Source: Eledone cirrhosa
Lineage: Eukaryota
Length of the DNA stretch: 64,000 nt
Direction: 5' to 3'
Assembly: GCA_964016885.1 (NCBI GenBank)
Contig: CAXHJY010000023.1
Span: forward strand, 115,713 to 179,712
A program made the translations under genes and the position numbers. Each line of letters begins with the position of its first letter. Position 1 is the first letter of the stretch. Below the pieces are notes generated by a model, which saw nothing but the letters and a program-made list of their open reading frames with translations, was not told where the DNA came from and searched no databases. Shown here one piece after another: positions 14,871-27,944 of the stretch.

Positions 14871-15177
14871 ATAGATATATATAAAGTGTATGTGTGATTG
14901 TTTATATGTGCAAATATGTGGAATGCAATATACAATGAATTAATAGTCGAATTTTCTCTACAATAAACAATTCAGTAAATCTGGCCAGGCTTGTAGTAAT
15001 GTTTAGCTAGAAACTGCTGATGAGTAGCGATGGTTAGGGAATGGTTTCTATGAGCTTTATTATTGGAAAATACATTTTGCTTTTTGGTTTGTAATACGTT
15101 ACACGAGCATAGCAGAGTTGCAATTACACACTCGTAGCTGTTTATACACATTCAAATGCTGGTATATACAAGTACAC

Positions 15178-15216
<39 letters not shown>

Positions 15217-15299
15217 ACACACAGACATCACACACAGGCGCACACACAGACACCAAACACACCAGGCGTACCACACAGACACATATATTTATATAAAGT

Positions 15300-15369
15300 G
15301 TGTATATATATATATATATTATATATGTGCATATATGTATATATATATATATATATATAATATATTTGC

Positions 15370-15400
<31 letters not shown>

Positions 15401-15541
15401 TTGCATATATATATATACAATATTTCTATATATATATATATATTTGCATATATATATATATATACAATATTTCTATATATATATATATATTTGCATATAT
15501 ATACAATATTTCTATATATATTTGCATATATCTATATACAA

Positions 15542-15630
<89 letters not shown>

Positions 15631-15687
15631 GATATTTATATATATATATATATATATATTTGCATATATATATATATATATATACAA

Positions 15688-15735
<48 letters not shown>

Positions 15736-15803
15736 CATATATATATATATATATATACAATATTTTTATATATATATATATATTTGCATATATATATATA
15801 CAA

Positions 15804-15854
<51 letters not shown>

Positions 15855-15870
15855 GCATATATATTTATAT
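15300..15870. repeat. (TA)n microsatellite punctuated by TTTGCA/CAATATTT
   Basis: Low-complexity tract with periodic interruptions. Confidence 0.9.
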
Positions 15871-15964
15871 AGAGAGAGATGTTAAGAAAAAGATAAATAT
15901 ATATAGATACGAAGTTATATTGATTGATGAATAGATAATAGATAGGCAGCTACAGGTAATTAGA

Positions 15965-18735
15965 TATGTTCCTTTATCAGCCAAAAGGGCACATACGTAG
16001 GAGACAAATACAAATGGGGAGTTTACATACAGGTATATGAAAATAAAACTATTAATAAAATACCAAATAACGATTGAAATCCACAATAGTGGGAGGCATT
16101 CCACAGGAGTTGTACACACCCCGAAAAAAATGTACAACCCTCATCTCCAGGAGCACCAAGAGTGAGTACTCCCCTCCTCTCTTTCTCTTTTTCCTCAACC
16201 TACAGGCTTATATAGAGAGAAGGCCCAACCACTCGGGCCATCTTTGCCACATTCAACCGCCTTTTATAAAATTTGCTGGGCTACAGCAACTCTCACTCCA
16301 TCCTGAATCTTCTTCCAAAATGATAATTGAAAAAACGAATCAGTTGTTCGCCAGAGAGAAAGGTGTCTGACCTCGGCCCTTTTAACCTCGTCTACCATAT
16401 AACCTCGTTCACCATAGCCATAACACATAGGAAAACCGCCTCTCCTTCGTTTTTGAAGGAGGGTGGCGGTTTTATCATGACAATGGTCTCGCGGGTTAAC
16501 TGGATTGGTCACACCCGCGACAATAATTGTTCTACATAGCCCCACAGGACTGTAACGCCCGGGAAGCGTACAAATGCGTGCGCGACGCTTTCCTCGTCGC
16601 GCACGTATCTCGGGCAGATCTTTTACGAAGGGTCCCTGCTTCGTGTCTGTTAAGCTTGTCTCGAATGGTAGACCTCCTCGGTAGCACTGCCAGGCCAGGG
16701 ACTTTGGGAAGTTGTCCATCGTTCCCGGGCGGAAGGTTGTACCGAACAGACATCCTCTTCGCCCAGAGTTTCTCTGAGCACGTCGTTGCACTGGCTGCGG
16801 ACCACCCCTCTTTAGAATGACGAAGTGGAGTCTCCACTGGTCGCCGGGTCCGCCTGCCAGAGGGCTGTGGGCGTCTGAGCACATTCGATGTGCCAGTCAC
16901 CCGTTTTCCTCGGTCTCTGCTTGACCCACCACTGCAGCTCGGTCAGCGAGACCAGTCGTGGGAATGCTCGCATCGCGAACGGGGCCCACACCGGTTGTCC
17001 GGTGAGGAATACGTGGAGGTGCCGCTGCCTGAGCGCGTGTTTGCGCATCGTCAGCCACGGCATCGCCAGCCTTCCTTTTGAAGGGTGTTGGCAACAGGTG
17101 GATCTTCTCACCAAAGTAGCCCGCTTCTTCCAAAGAATTAGAAGAGCGCGCGCTCCATTTTGATGAGCGTTTTGGCTGGACAAGGCACGACGGTCAAGCG
17201 GTAGTATATGACCGGCGCTATAAAGTGTTCTCCACCTCCGCTCGACCTTTCAAGGATAGTTTCCACTCAGCCTACATCACGGTGAGCGTAAACACCTTGG
17301 ACGTCACCTCGTTCCAATTCTTTTCCACCTCGAAGTGCGGACCAAAGCAGACCTCGAGCAGCTTTATCGGTCCTTCCGTCCAGCGTCCAAGACGCCATCG
17401 GAAGGCATCGGTTTGCCTCTCCACGTTCCGAGTTGCAAACCGACGGATTTGTCCCGGTTCAGCTTCGCTCCTGTGAACCTTTCGTATTCCTTCAGTAAGG
17501 TGCCGACCTCCCCGATTTGCTAGGTGCTCTAGACCATTACTGTTATGTCACCTTGACCCTTGAGCAGATGTTGCTGCTGTGCATTGCAACAATCCAGCCC
17601 CTGAACACGGGTGGTTCCGAAGCCTGCCGCCTGGAGCCCCACATCCATGTAACGATGGTCAACCCTATCGAAAGCCTTAGACTGATCCAAGTTTATCGGG
17701 GTCCCACCGAAGCCAGATTTACACCCTACCCTCTCTATTATGTATCGCATAAGGTGGAGTGTGTCGTGTATGGACCTGTTCGGGATTGCGCATGTCTGCG
17801 CTTCTCCCACCAGGTTTTCGACGACAAGCCCCAGCCTCTTTGCCAACACCTTGGCCAAAATCTGTAACTGTGTTTTGCAGAGTTATGGGCCGGAAGTTGC
17901 CTATGACACCCCCTTATTCTCGTCCTTCCTGACTAAGGTGACCAGACTTGGTCACAGAACTGGGAATTATCCCGTTCTGCTGCCAATTGCAGTAGACCGC
18001 TTCCAGGAGACCGGAGAACAAGTCTGGCATTGCTACGTAAAATTCGTAGGGTAGACCATCGAGACCTGGAGATTTGAGTTTGCCGCATTGGCTCAGCGCG
18101 TCCCCTATCTCAGCGGCCGAAATCGGCCTTTCGCAGAACTTCGCCTCGCTGTCCGAGAGTCGCGGTAGGCCGCCGAGGCATGGACTGAAATCCATAGCCC
18201 CTCCCGGCGTGCCGCTCTGCCCGAACATTTGAGCAAAGTGCCGCTGAAAAACCGCGCACATCTGCTTCGACTCACGCATCCGTCTTGGTCCTTCAAAGAC
18301 CGAATCGTGGACATGTTGCCACTTTTCGCCTCCTTCACTCGAGCCCAGCTAACAGCTTTGGTTCTCTCGTTTCCCAGTGTACGTATTTTGCTTCTGACAA
18401 CAACGCAGCCTTCAAGCTCTGCGTTGAAGAACTGGTCCAAGCCCGTTCTCGTCGCAAGCACTCTGGCTACGTTGCCACTCCTAAGTGCCTCTTCTACTTT
18501 ATCCACCAGTTCCCTTTCGGTCTTATTTCTATCTAACATTAATTCTTTACTAAAACCTATCGAGTCTAATCTAACTGCCCTCTTGAGAGAGTACCACCAT
18601 CTGTTGTTGACAATGGCCCCGTCAAGTGGTACTTAACTAAAGTGCTAATCCGTCTACTGTAGGCTTTGCATGTCGGTAACGACAAGATCATCTTCCAGTA
18701 ACCGGGTCCCTGTCTGTGGATTTTGTTAAGGTTGA
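15965..18735 (-). mobile_element. Decayed Tx1/L1-clade non-LTR retrotransposon (ORF2 RT pseudogene plus 3' UTR)
   Basis: Frameshifted ORFs contain GPGYWK, KSPGLDGLPYEFY, MAKVLAKRL and LDQSKAFDRVDH. The YADD region appears deleted. GC-rich relative to flanks. Confidence 0.85.
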
Positions 18736-18868
18736 CTAAGCAGCTCAGTAATTTAATTAGATAGATAAATAATTAGATGATTAATTAGATGGTATATATA
18801 TATATATATAACTAATCATATAATTATATAAACCGATAGATAGATAGATAGATAGATAGAAGGATATA

Positions 18869-19120
18869 TTTCTTTATTTGCCACAAGGGCGCACAAGAAA
18901 AGGGGCAATACAAGGACATATGCCATAGATTTTACATACAATCGTGTAAAAAAAAATGTTTAAACGAATTCAACAATCGAAATCCCCAATAGGGGGAGGC
19001 GTTACAAATGATTTGTTTAATATCCCGTAGATAGAACAACCCTCAACTCCAAGTGCGTGTTGTGCAAGTGCTCCTTTCCTCCTTTTGCTCTCATCTTCAA
19101 CCTACAGGTTTATATAGATA
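18869..19120 (-). mobile_element. Second, 5'-truncated 3'-UTR fragment of the Tx1-like family within (GATA)n
   Basis: Homologous to 15968-16220 (ctttat..gcca.aagggc.ca, acaaccctca.ctcca, tcaacctacagg.ttatataga). Confidence 0.65.
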
Positions 19121-19679
19121 GATAGAAGGATAGATAGATAGATAGAGAGATAGATGTGTAGGTTTAAACGCAAAACAGTTTCTTTTTATTGACACTCACC
19201 CGGAAAGATATTACAGTGAAATATCTTTAATTTATAAGAGTTTGGTGTCCAGAAAATAATAAACAGGTAGCCTGATAGTTTCCTTTTAAACAAAGGCAGT
19301 AAATCTATTTCCCACGTATGTTAACTCAATAAAAGAAATTGGTATTTCATTTAGTCTGTCCGACTTTAAAGGTCACTGGGTGTTGATAATGCGACAATTT
19401 CAAAGGTTTCACTACAAATAAATATGGGATTAGATAAAAAGCAAATGTTTCCTCCAGGCTTGTTGATTAAAATAAGATAGAACTAGCTGTATTCTAAAGT
19501 ATGTCTGAGGTACCTAAACTCATTAAATTGGAGCTTATCCCGGTATCCGCGACGTTTATCGAGTGTGAGGACAAAAGTCCCACCTATTCAGGACTCCAGT
19601 TCTTCTTAGGGTTTTCTAGTATTCATTCTATACGCAAATGAGCACAAGTTTCGGCGTCTGAAGGCACGTAGTCGAGATG

Positions 19680-20270
<591 letters not shown>

Positions 20271-21141
20271 ATGTATGTAAAAGGTAAACAGAAATAACAA
20301 CAACTAAGAGACGAAGTTTAAAGAATAGAGTCCACACAGCTTCAGTCGTTTTCGCACTCACTCAATAATCAATTAAGTTCGTGTTGATAAAATTCTAGTG
20401 ACACTGACGTCACATCAAAGGGAAGATAAGCCAGGCCTGACCATGGAACACACGTTGGCAATTGATTTAAATTAAAATAATATAAGCATTCCAAAAAGCA
20501 CTCTACCAGGGTGCTTTCATAAAGAATTGTCAGGATAGCAAATGATCAGTAAATTGAACTAGAATAAACAAAGTGAGAAAGTTCAACTTACAATTTATAT
20601 GTAGTATCGTCCTGTGAGAGATAAAATAATTAAGAGAATAAGCTTAAAGTATAGATTAGAAACAGCTTCAATCGTTTCATCACTTACACAATAATACAAT
20701 TAATTTCGTATTAATAAAATTCAAACACAACTAGTTAGATTGCACAGATGCATTGATCAGAAAAGTCGACTTCGTGTAGGTAAGATAATTGAGAGACAAG
20801 GACCGATGTATCTCTCTCTTATATATACATACGTGTGTATGAATGTATATAGATAGATAGATACATTGATAATGAAAGACTTGATTGCCATCACAAATTC
20901 AAGAATACAAGGAAAGTAAATGTAACACTCAACAACTTGATAAAATTAATTTATCTATAAACACACACACACACACACACACATATTAGAATTGGTGTTC
21001 TGAAATAGCGATATATATATGAATGTATATATAGTGTATTTTGCAATACACTGTATGCCTAATGAAAAGCATGTCGAAGACCTTACGCTATTGGTTTAGA
21101 GTAGTGACAGTCTCACTTACTTTAAATTTTCAGCAAACAGG

Positions 21142-21203
21142 GGAGATAAAGCTGACAGAGCTCTGTTTCGTACTGATTGGTACTTATCAAAGCCAAGTAC
21201 TCC
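21142..21203 (-). ncRNA. Type I hammerhead with U3-A8 variant core
   Basis: ggagtacttggct TTGATAA gtac caatca gtac GAAA cagagctctg TC agctttatctcc. Confidence 0.72.
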
Positions 21204-21333
21204 ATCTGCTATTTCAGAGCACCAATTCTAATTTTCAATTTCTGCCTGACCGGCAACCGATCTGTATAATCAGTTCCTGATTATTACTAGAATTCTATAA
21301 GAATCAAACATTCATGATTTTCAGCAAACAGGC

Positions 21334-21395
21334 GGAGTACTTGACTTTGATAAGTACCAATCAGTCCGAAACAGAGTTATGTCAGCTTTATCTCC
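21334..21395 (+). ncRNA. Second (mutated) copy of the U3-A8 hammerhead
   Basis: TTGATAA gtac caatca gtcc GAAA cagagttatg TC agct. Several stem mismatches. Confidence 0.55.
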
Positions 21396-21508
21396 CCTGT
21401 TTGCTGAAAATGTAAAGTAAGTGAGACTGTCACTACTCTAAAAAAAATAGCGTAGGGTCTTCGAAATGCTTTTAATTAAGCATACAGTGTATTGCAAAAT
21501 ACACTATA

Positions 21509-21593
<85 letters not shown>

Positions 21594-22206
21594 ATGTACT
21601 AAACAACATAAGATAATTAATTCATTTACCAGTGGTTTCTTAAAGACAGATATTTATATCTGTCTTCAGTCGTCAGAATGAATAACATGGAATGTTTATT
21701 AAATATGGATTTGAAAACAATGAAAGTAAGGCTGAAATTTAAAAAAAACGGGCAAAAACTGAGGGGAAAATAATATATAAATAAATATACAGAACATAAA
21801 CATACATACACTCAAACACACGTTTATACTTAATAGTACGTAGGCGTATACATTCTCACATAAGTGTATGTGCGTCTACATGGAAATACGAATACACATA
21901 TAAACGTGTGATCTTTTGCTCACACATACGCACTCACAGGTGCACACTCACACAGATACTCAATATACGTATTTATATATATTCATACATACATACATAC
22001 ATATATATATTTGATTAAAATGTACTTTTATTCTATGCTATACATTATTGATCAGTCATTTCTATGTATATTTCTTTACATCAATTTCATGGTATTTCTT
22101 CATATATTTACTTTGACATAATTACTCGCCTCTTCGTATAACTGCACCTCCATTGTTGATATTGCGACCATAGATATGTAGCTACTTTAGTTTCAATTCA
22201 GATCTA

Positions 22207-22315
22207 ATAATTGTTTCTACTTTTGGCACCAGGCCAGCAATTACCCCAGTGCATTACTGGTACTTTATTTTATCGATACCGTAAGGATGAAAGGCTAAGT
22301 TAACCTCAGTGGGAT
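22207..22315 (-). mobile_element. SINE family 1, 3' half
   Basis: taattgtttctacttttggcac...aggatgaaaggctaagttaacctc. Confidence 0.8.
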
Positions 22316-22327
22316 TAATATATATAA

Positions 22328-22510
22328 TAATTGTTTCTACTTTTGGCACAAGGCCAGCAATTACCCCAGTGCATTACTGGTACCTTATTTTATCGACCCC
22401 GTAAGGATGAAAGTCAAAGTTAACCTCGGCGGGATTTGAACTCAGATCGTAAAGGGAGGTAACTCTATGCTTCAAAGCTTGGCGCCCGACATTCTACCGA
22501 TACTGCCAAT
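22328..22510 (-). mobile_element. tRNA-derived SINE family 1 (octopus-type), full length
   Basis: A-box-like TGGCAGTATCGGTAG, B-box GAGTTCAAATCC, body gttaactttgcctttcatcc, tail gtagaaacaatta. Confidence 0.85.
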
Positions 22511-22695
22511 GGATTGGCAATATCGGTAGAGGGTCGGTCACCATGTTTTGCAGCAAAGAGTTACGGCCCGTTACGGTATGAGTTCAAACTCCGCCGAGGT
22601 TAACTTTGCCTTTCATCCTTACGGGGTCGATAAAATAAAGTACCAGTAATACACTGGGATAATTGCTGGCCTTGTGCCAAAAAGTAGAAACAATT
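22511..22695 (+). mobile_element. tRNA-derived SINE family 1, head-to-head with the previous copy
   Basis: Same motifs on the + strand. Confidence 0.85.
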
Positions 22696-22826
22696 CAGAG
22701 CTAATAATACAAAGGATAACAGCTCTAGCTGCAAACTGTTGATAAAAACAGTAGCAAATTAATGCGAACATTATAGCAAGATATATAGATATGTAATAGC
22801 TTCACACACATACACGCACATACACG

Positions 22827-22879
<53 letters not shown>

Positions 22880-23107
22880 CTATATATATGTATACATACA
22901 TCATTTATATATTATTATCAATATATATATATATGTAAAAAAAACATGTTCACTTAATGATTTTTAAATAATTAAAATATACACTGACATGTATATAATG
23001 TGAAATGAAATTGGATGGCCCATATATATACGTGTGTGTATGTATATATATATATATATAAATGCGTATGCTTGTATACATATACATATATGTATCTGTG
23101 TGTGTGT

Positions 23108-23164
<57 letters not shown>

Positions 23165-23184
23165 GGTGTCTGTGATCTCTATAC

Positions 23185-23530
23185 AACCGCACGACTACCA
23201 GCACCACCGTTTCCCAACCTTACCACCACCACCACCACCAGACCTCGCATCCACCCGACTACGAGTACCAGCATTTCCCAACCTTACCACCACCACTACC
23301 ACCACCAGGACCGCATCCACCCGACTACGAGCACCAGCATTTCCCAACCTTACCACCACCATCATCATGATCGCATCCACCGACTACGAGCACCAGCGTT
23401 TCCCAACCTTACCACCACCACCACTACCACCCGACTACGAGCACCACCGTTTCCCAACCTTGCCAACACGACCACCACAACCTAAACCGCATCCACCCGA
23501 CTACGAGTACCACCGTTTCCCAACTATCAC
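23185..23530. repeat. ~55-65-bp C-rich minisatellite (cgactacgagcaccagcatttcccaaccttaccacc)
   Basis: About 6 imperfect units. Confidence 0.85.
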
Positions 23531-23964
23531 GTAAATTGGGTTGTATCAAGGATCAGCGGGGTTTAGGAGTTTCCAAAAATTTAATGAGATTTGCGAGTAT
23601 TAATAATTAAATAAACAATAATCAATAATCAAATAGTTGTCCCAACAGGTATAATGATCAAGGATACGTATCAATGTCCTTCATAATCAAACACACCTAA
23701 CAATATCAACAATCTGTGCTATTTGTCTATGGTAAGAATCACTGACACTGATAAAACAGCTGTCGGTTACACAGTGGGCGATCAACGATTAGTCACACTG
23801 GGTGTCAAGAATCAGTGACCCCAGCTGTATCAATGATAATATACACAGTATTGTGTCACACCAGCCTACATCAGCAATCAATAACAATTTGTTGCATCGA
23901 AGATCGGTGACACTGGGATGGATCAACGATTAATCATGCCGGGCTGTACCAAAGCGAGGACCCA

Positions 23965-24260
23965 TGGCTTCAGGGTTAGGATGCTTAACACAGGATAATA
24001 TTACCGGTTTGATTCCTGGACAGGATGCAGCTTTGTGTTCTTGAGAAAAACACTTTACCTCACCTTACTTCACCTCAGCTAAGACTAACAACACTTTACT
24101 TCACCTCAGCTAAGATTAAGTATCAGCAGTAGCCAGGGAGTTAAACCTGCGATAGACCTGGGTTATATCCAGGAAGAGACCTGTACTCTCAGTCGCTCGA
24201 CGCCATGAAAACTGGGATAAACATGAGCCTGATAAGTCTCCGAGTTCAAGACAGACTTTC
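23965..24260 (+). mobile_element. SINE family 2 (tRNA-like head; tail carries a permuted hammerhead-like motif)
   Basis: ggtttgattcc B-box-like, ttgtgttcttgagaaaaacacttta, aacctgcgatagac. Homologous to 50056-50310. Confidence 0.55.
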
Positions 24261-24269
24261 CCTGAATAA

Positions 24270-24720
24270 TGTGGCTGTGCTCTACCAAAGATCAGCGACA
24301 TCTGACTGAGTCAGGAATCAGTAACACCCAGATGTAACAACAATAATCTGGCTGTGCTCTACCAAAGATCAGCGACATCTGACTGAGTCAGGAATCAGTG
24401 AAACAGATGTAACAATACTAATCTGGCTGTGCTCTACCAAAGATCAGCGACATCTGACTGAGTCAGGAATCAGTGAAACAGATGTAACAATACTAATCTG
24501 GCTGTGCTGTACCAAACATCAGCGACATCTGACTGAGTCAGGAATCAGTGAAACAGATGTAACAATACTAATCTGGCTGTGCTATACCAAACATCAGCGA
24601 CATCTGACTGAGTCAGGAATCAGTGAAACAGATGTAACAATACTAATCTGGCTGTGCTGTACCAAAGATCAGCTACATCTGACTGAGTCAGGAATCATTG
24701 ACAGACAGATGTAACAACAA
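24270..24720. repeat. 75-bp tandem repeat, ~6 copies
   Basis: atctggctgtgct recurs at 24421, 24496, 24571 and 24646. Confidence 0.9.
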
Positions 24721-24789
24721 TTAGTAAAAATGTGTTACGTTTGTCATGAGTGATACTAAAATGAAGCAAGAATTAGTGTCATTGGGGTG

Positions 24790-25265
24790 CATATTTGAGG
24801 GGTCAGGGTGTAATTTCAGGGAGATTGGGCTGTATATTTCAGGAGGCAGGGTGTGATTTCAGGGAGAAAGGGTTAGAGTATGATTCAGTGAGATTGGGCT
24901 GTATATTTCAGAGGGCTAGGTATGATATCAGGCAGATTGGGCTGTACATTTCAGGGGTCAGGGTATGATTTCAGGGAGGTTGGTGCGTATATTTCAGAGA
25001 GCCGGGTATGATTTCAGGGAGATTGATGAGTATATTTCAGAGGGCAGGGTATAATTTCAGGGAGATTGGGGTGTATATTTCTGGGGCAGGGTATGGTTTC
25101 AGGGAGATTGGTGAGTATATTTCAGAGGGCAGGGTATGATTTCAGCGGGTAGGTTATGATGTCAGGGAGATTGGGCTGTATATTTCAGGGGGCAGGTTAT
25201 GATTTCAGGGAGACTGGTGAGTATATTTCAGGGGGTAGGGTGTGATTTCAGGGAGATTGGCTGGT
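24790..25265. repeat. ~38-bp G-rich minisatellite (tttcagggagattgggctgtata-tttcagggggcagggtatga)
   Basis: About 12 degenerate units. Confidence 0.85.
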
Positions 25266-25780
25266 ACGTTTCACAGCGCCTGGGACCAGATATTGTTTGT
25301 AAGCCACCAAAAAAATATATATTATTTCATATTACTAAGAGTTAAATAAGATGAATAGTTTGTTTATATACTTATATACTTATATATTTATGTCTGTTTT
25401 TTTTTTGTATGTATGTGTATATATATATAGCGAGAGAAAGAGAGAGAGATTAATATATATATATATATGTGTGTGCAGGCGAGAATATTTATAAATATAT
25501 GCATATATAGTCTTTAAGACTATACAGAGCATTTGAAGATTTTCCAAATTGAAGGATGAGTATTTTAAACTTTATTTTATCATGAGTTAAGGCTCTATTG
25601 ATCTTTCCCTGGATTTCACTCAATTCTGTGGATGAATCTATATCCTGATTCTCTTTGAGATGAGTTTGAATTATTTTTCCCACATCTTACGTTAACTATT
25701 TTTCCCATTTTGACGCTAAAGTCACTTATATGTTATGGAATACTGTTGGCTTCTTGCTACAATATTTTTCTATACCTTTC

Positions 25781-25829
<49 letters not shown>

Positions 25830-25830
<1 letters not shown>

Positions 25831-26293
25831 GACCTGTCAAAGGGCAAAGGAGCTCTTAAGAGTCAATGGCCATCCAAAATCACCGGGAGAGATGACCCTT
25901 TAGCCTTTGTCAAGGCAGAATTCTAGGAGAAGGAAAACTCTGATATAACACCTGCAACTCTGATGGTATCCAATGATGTTGACTTGTTCTTCTTTTTGGT
26001 AAATATCATCTTGGTTAAGAGAGTGGGACTGGCTTTGTGCAGTGCCTTTGCTCACTATAAAAGCTTCACGGCACAGGCATTGCTTTATATCTGGAGATCT
26101 CTCTGCACTTGTCGTCACAGGGTACCATGGGCCCAGCACTATGTGTCAATATTTGTCACAAGTGTAGTGTTTGTACCAGAGTTTTCAAGTTGCTGGTTGG
26201 ACTAAAAAGTCACACTCGTTCAGCGCATCGGTAGGGGTTCTCCTATATGGATATAAAGTAGTGGCCGTACTCGAAAACGAGTTGGCAGCCACC
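25830..26293 (+). mobile_element. Unclassified insertion in (TATG)n, possibly derived from an RTE 5' UTR
   Basis: Bounded by TATG repeats on both sides. Contains ctaggagaaggaaaactctga, which I recall resembling RTE leader sequences (unverified). Confidence 0.35.
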
Positions 26294-26560
26294 ATGTATG
26301 TATGTATGTATGTATGTATGTATGTGTGTGTGTGTGTATATATATGTGTGTGTGGGTGTGTGTGTATTTGTGTGTGGGTGTGTGTGTATGTGTGTATGCA
26401 TGTGTGTGTGCATGTATGCGTGTGTGTGTATGTGAGTATGTCTGTATGTGTGTATGTGTGTGTTTGTGAGTATGCCTGTGTGTTTGTCAATGTGTGTTCA
26501 TGTGAGTGTGCCTGTGAGTGTGCCTGTGTTTATATGTGTGTGTGTATGTGTGTATGTGTG

Positions 26561-26592
<32 letters not shown>

Positions 26593-27944
26593 CTGCATGT
26601 GGTTGCGCATCAGTATATCTTCATTAAACATTTTTAGAAACAAATATACAAATCAATTTAACTAATGAAGAATTACATTTCCTTCAAATCCGTCTTTTTC
26701 TTTCTTTCCCGCCAATTCTCCAGAGACAAACATCATAATTCAAAGACGTCTGTTTATTAATTCTATCATGCGAATACAGATGAAGATAAACATCTCTTTC
26801 TCTCTCTCTCTCCCTCTCCAACATTCTTCTCTCTCGTCTCTGTCTCTCTTCCCCTTTCTCTCTCTCTCCAACTTTCATATCTCTCCTCACTCTCTGTCTC
26901 TCTTTCTCTCTCTCTCCAACTTTCATATCTCTCCTCACTCTCTGTCTCTCTTTCTCTCTCTCTCTCTCCAACTTTCATATATCTCCTCACTCTCTGTCTC
27001 TGTCTCTGTTCCACACTGTTGTATTTCGTCACTCTCTCTCTCTCCTCTCTATCCCCTTTCTATCTCTCTATCTATCTCTTGCTCTCTCTCTCTCTCTCTC
27101 CAACTTCCATATCTCTCCTCACTCTGTCTCTCTATCTATCTATCTCTCTCCTACAATCACACCTCTCCAGGGCGAGCCTCACAAATCCCAACCCATTTCT
27201 CGAATTGCACTAAAAACTTTGTCTGTTTCTGTCTCGTTGTTGTTGTTGTTATTATTGTTGTTGTAGTTGATGTTGCCGTTATTGCTGCCGTTCTTATTAC
27301 CATTGTGACAGTTGTTGTTGTTGTTGTTGTATTAATTGTCTTGGTTGTTATGTTTGCTAATGTTGATGTCTTTGTGGTTGTTGTTGTTGTTGTTGTTGTC
27401 GTTGTTTTCTTTCAGAACATATTCCAGTATTTATACGAATGGTAATACAGCTTCTGTTGTTGCTGTTGCTATTATTATTATTGCTGTTGCTGTTCTTAAC
27501 GTTGTTTTAGTCGTTGACGTGGTTGTTGTTGTCGTTAGTGTTGTTGGTCTGGTTATTGTTGTCGTTGCCTTGCTATGTGAAAACATTTAATTGCTCCCCC
27601 TCGTGAATCAAGTGGTTGGGGCGTTGAACCCCTACATTCTATGACGTCAATGTTCACCATTTGTTAACTCTAATAAAAAAAAATATTATGAAAACCTTCC
27701 AATTGACTTAATGTCAGAAACTCAGCTTCGATTTGAAACTATTTAACAATTTTAGACAATGTATAACAGGTTCCTTTCAATCACTCCGTTCCCAGATTTA
27801 AATATCATTGGAGATGCCTTATTAGACTTCTGTTGTTGTAATGGACGCTCTATTATGTACACCTTCTTTCAGGAAGGCATCTAATAATATACATAGTATA
27901 AGGAGAATCAGGGACAGAGATAAATAATTGATTTTGTTATAGTT

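Larger units (their letters stand above)
21020..21518. mobile_element. Fold-back hammerhead-bearing element, family D (arms ~21020-21203 and ~21334-21518)
   Basis: ~185-bp imperfect inverted repeat. Confidence 0.8.

Noticed and set aside
15017-15070. CTGATGA motif
   Set aside because: No matching stems I-III with GAAA and NUH could be formed.
25489-25683. 64-aa ORF in unique sequence
   Set aside because: No recognisable motif or clear splice structure.
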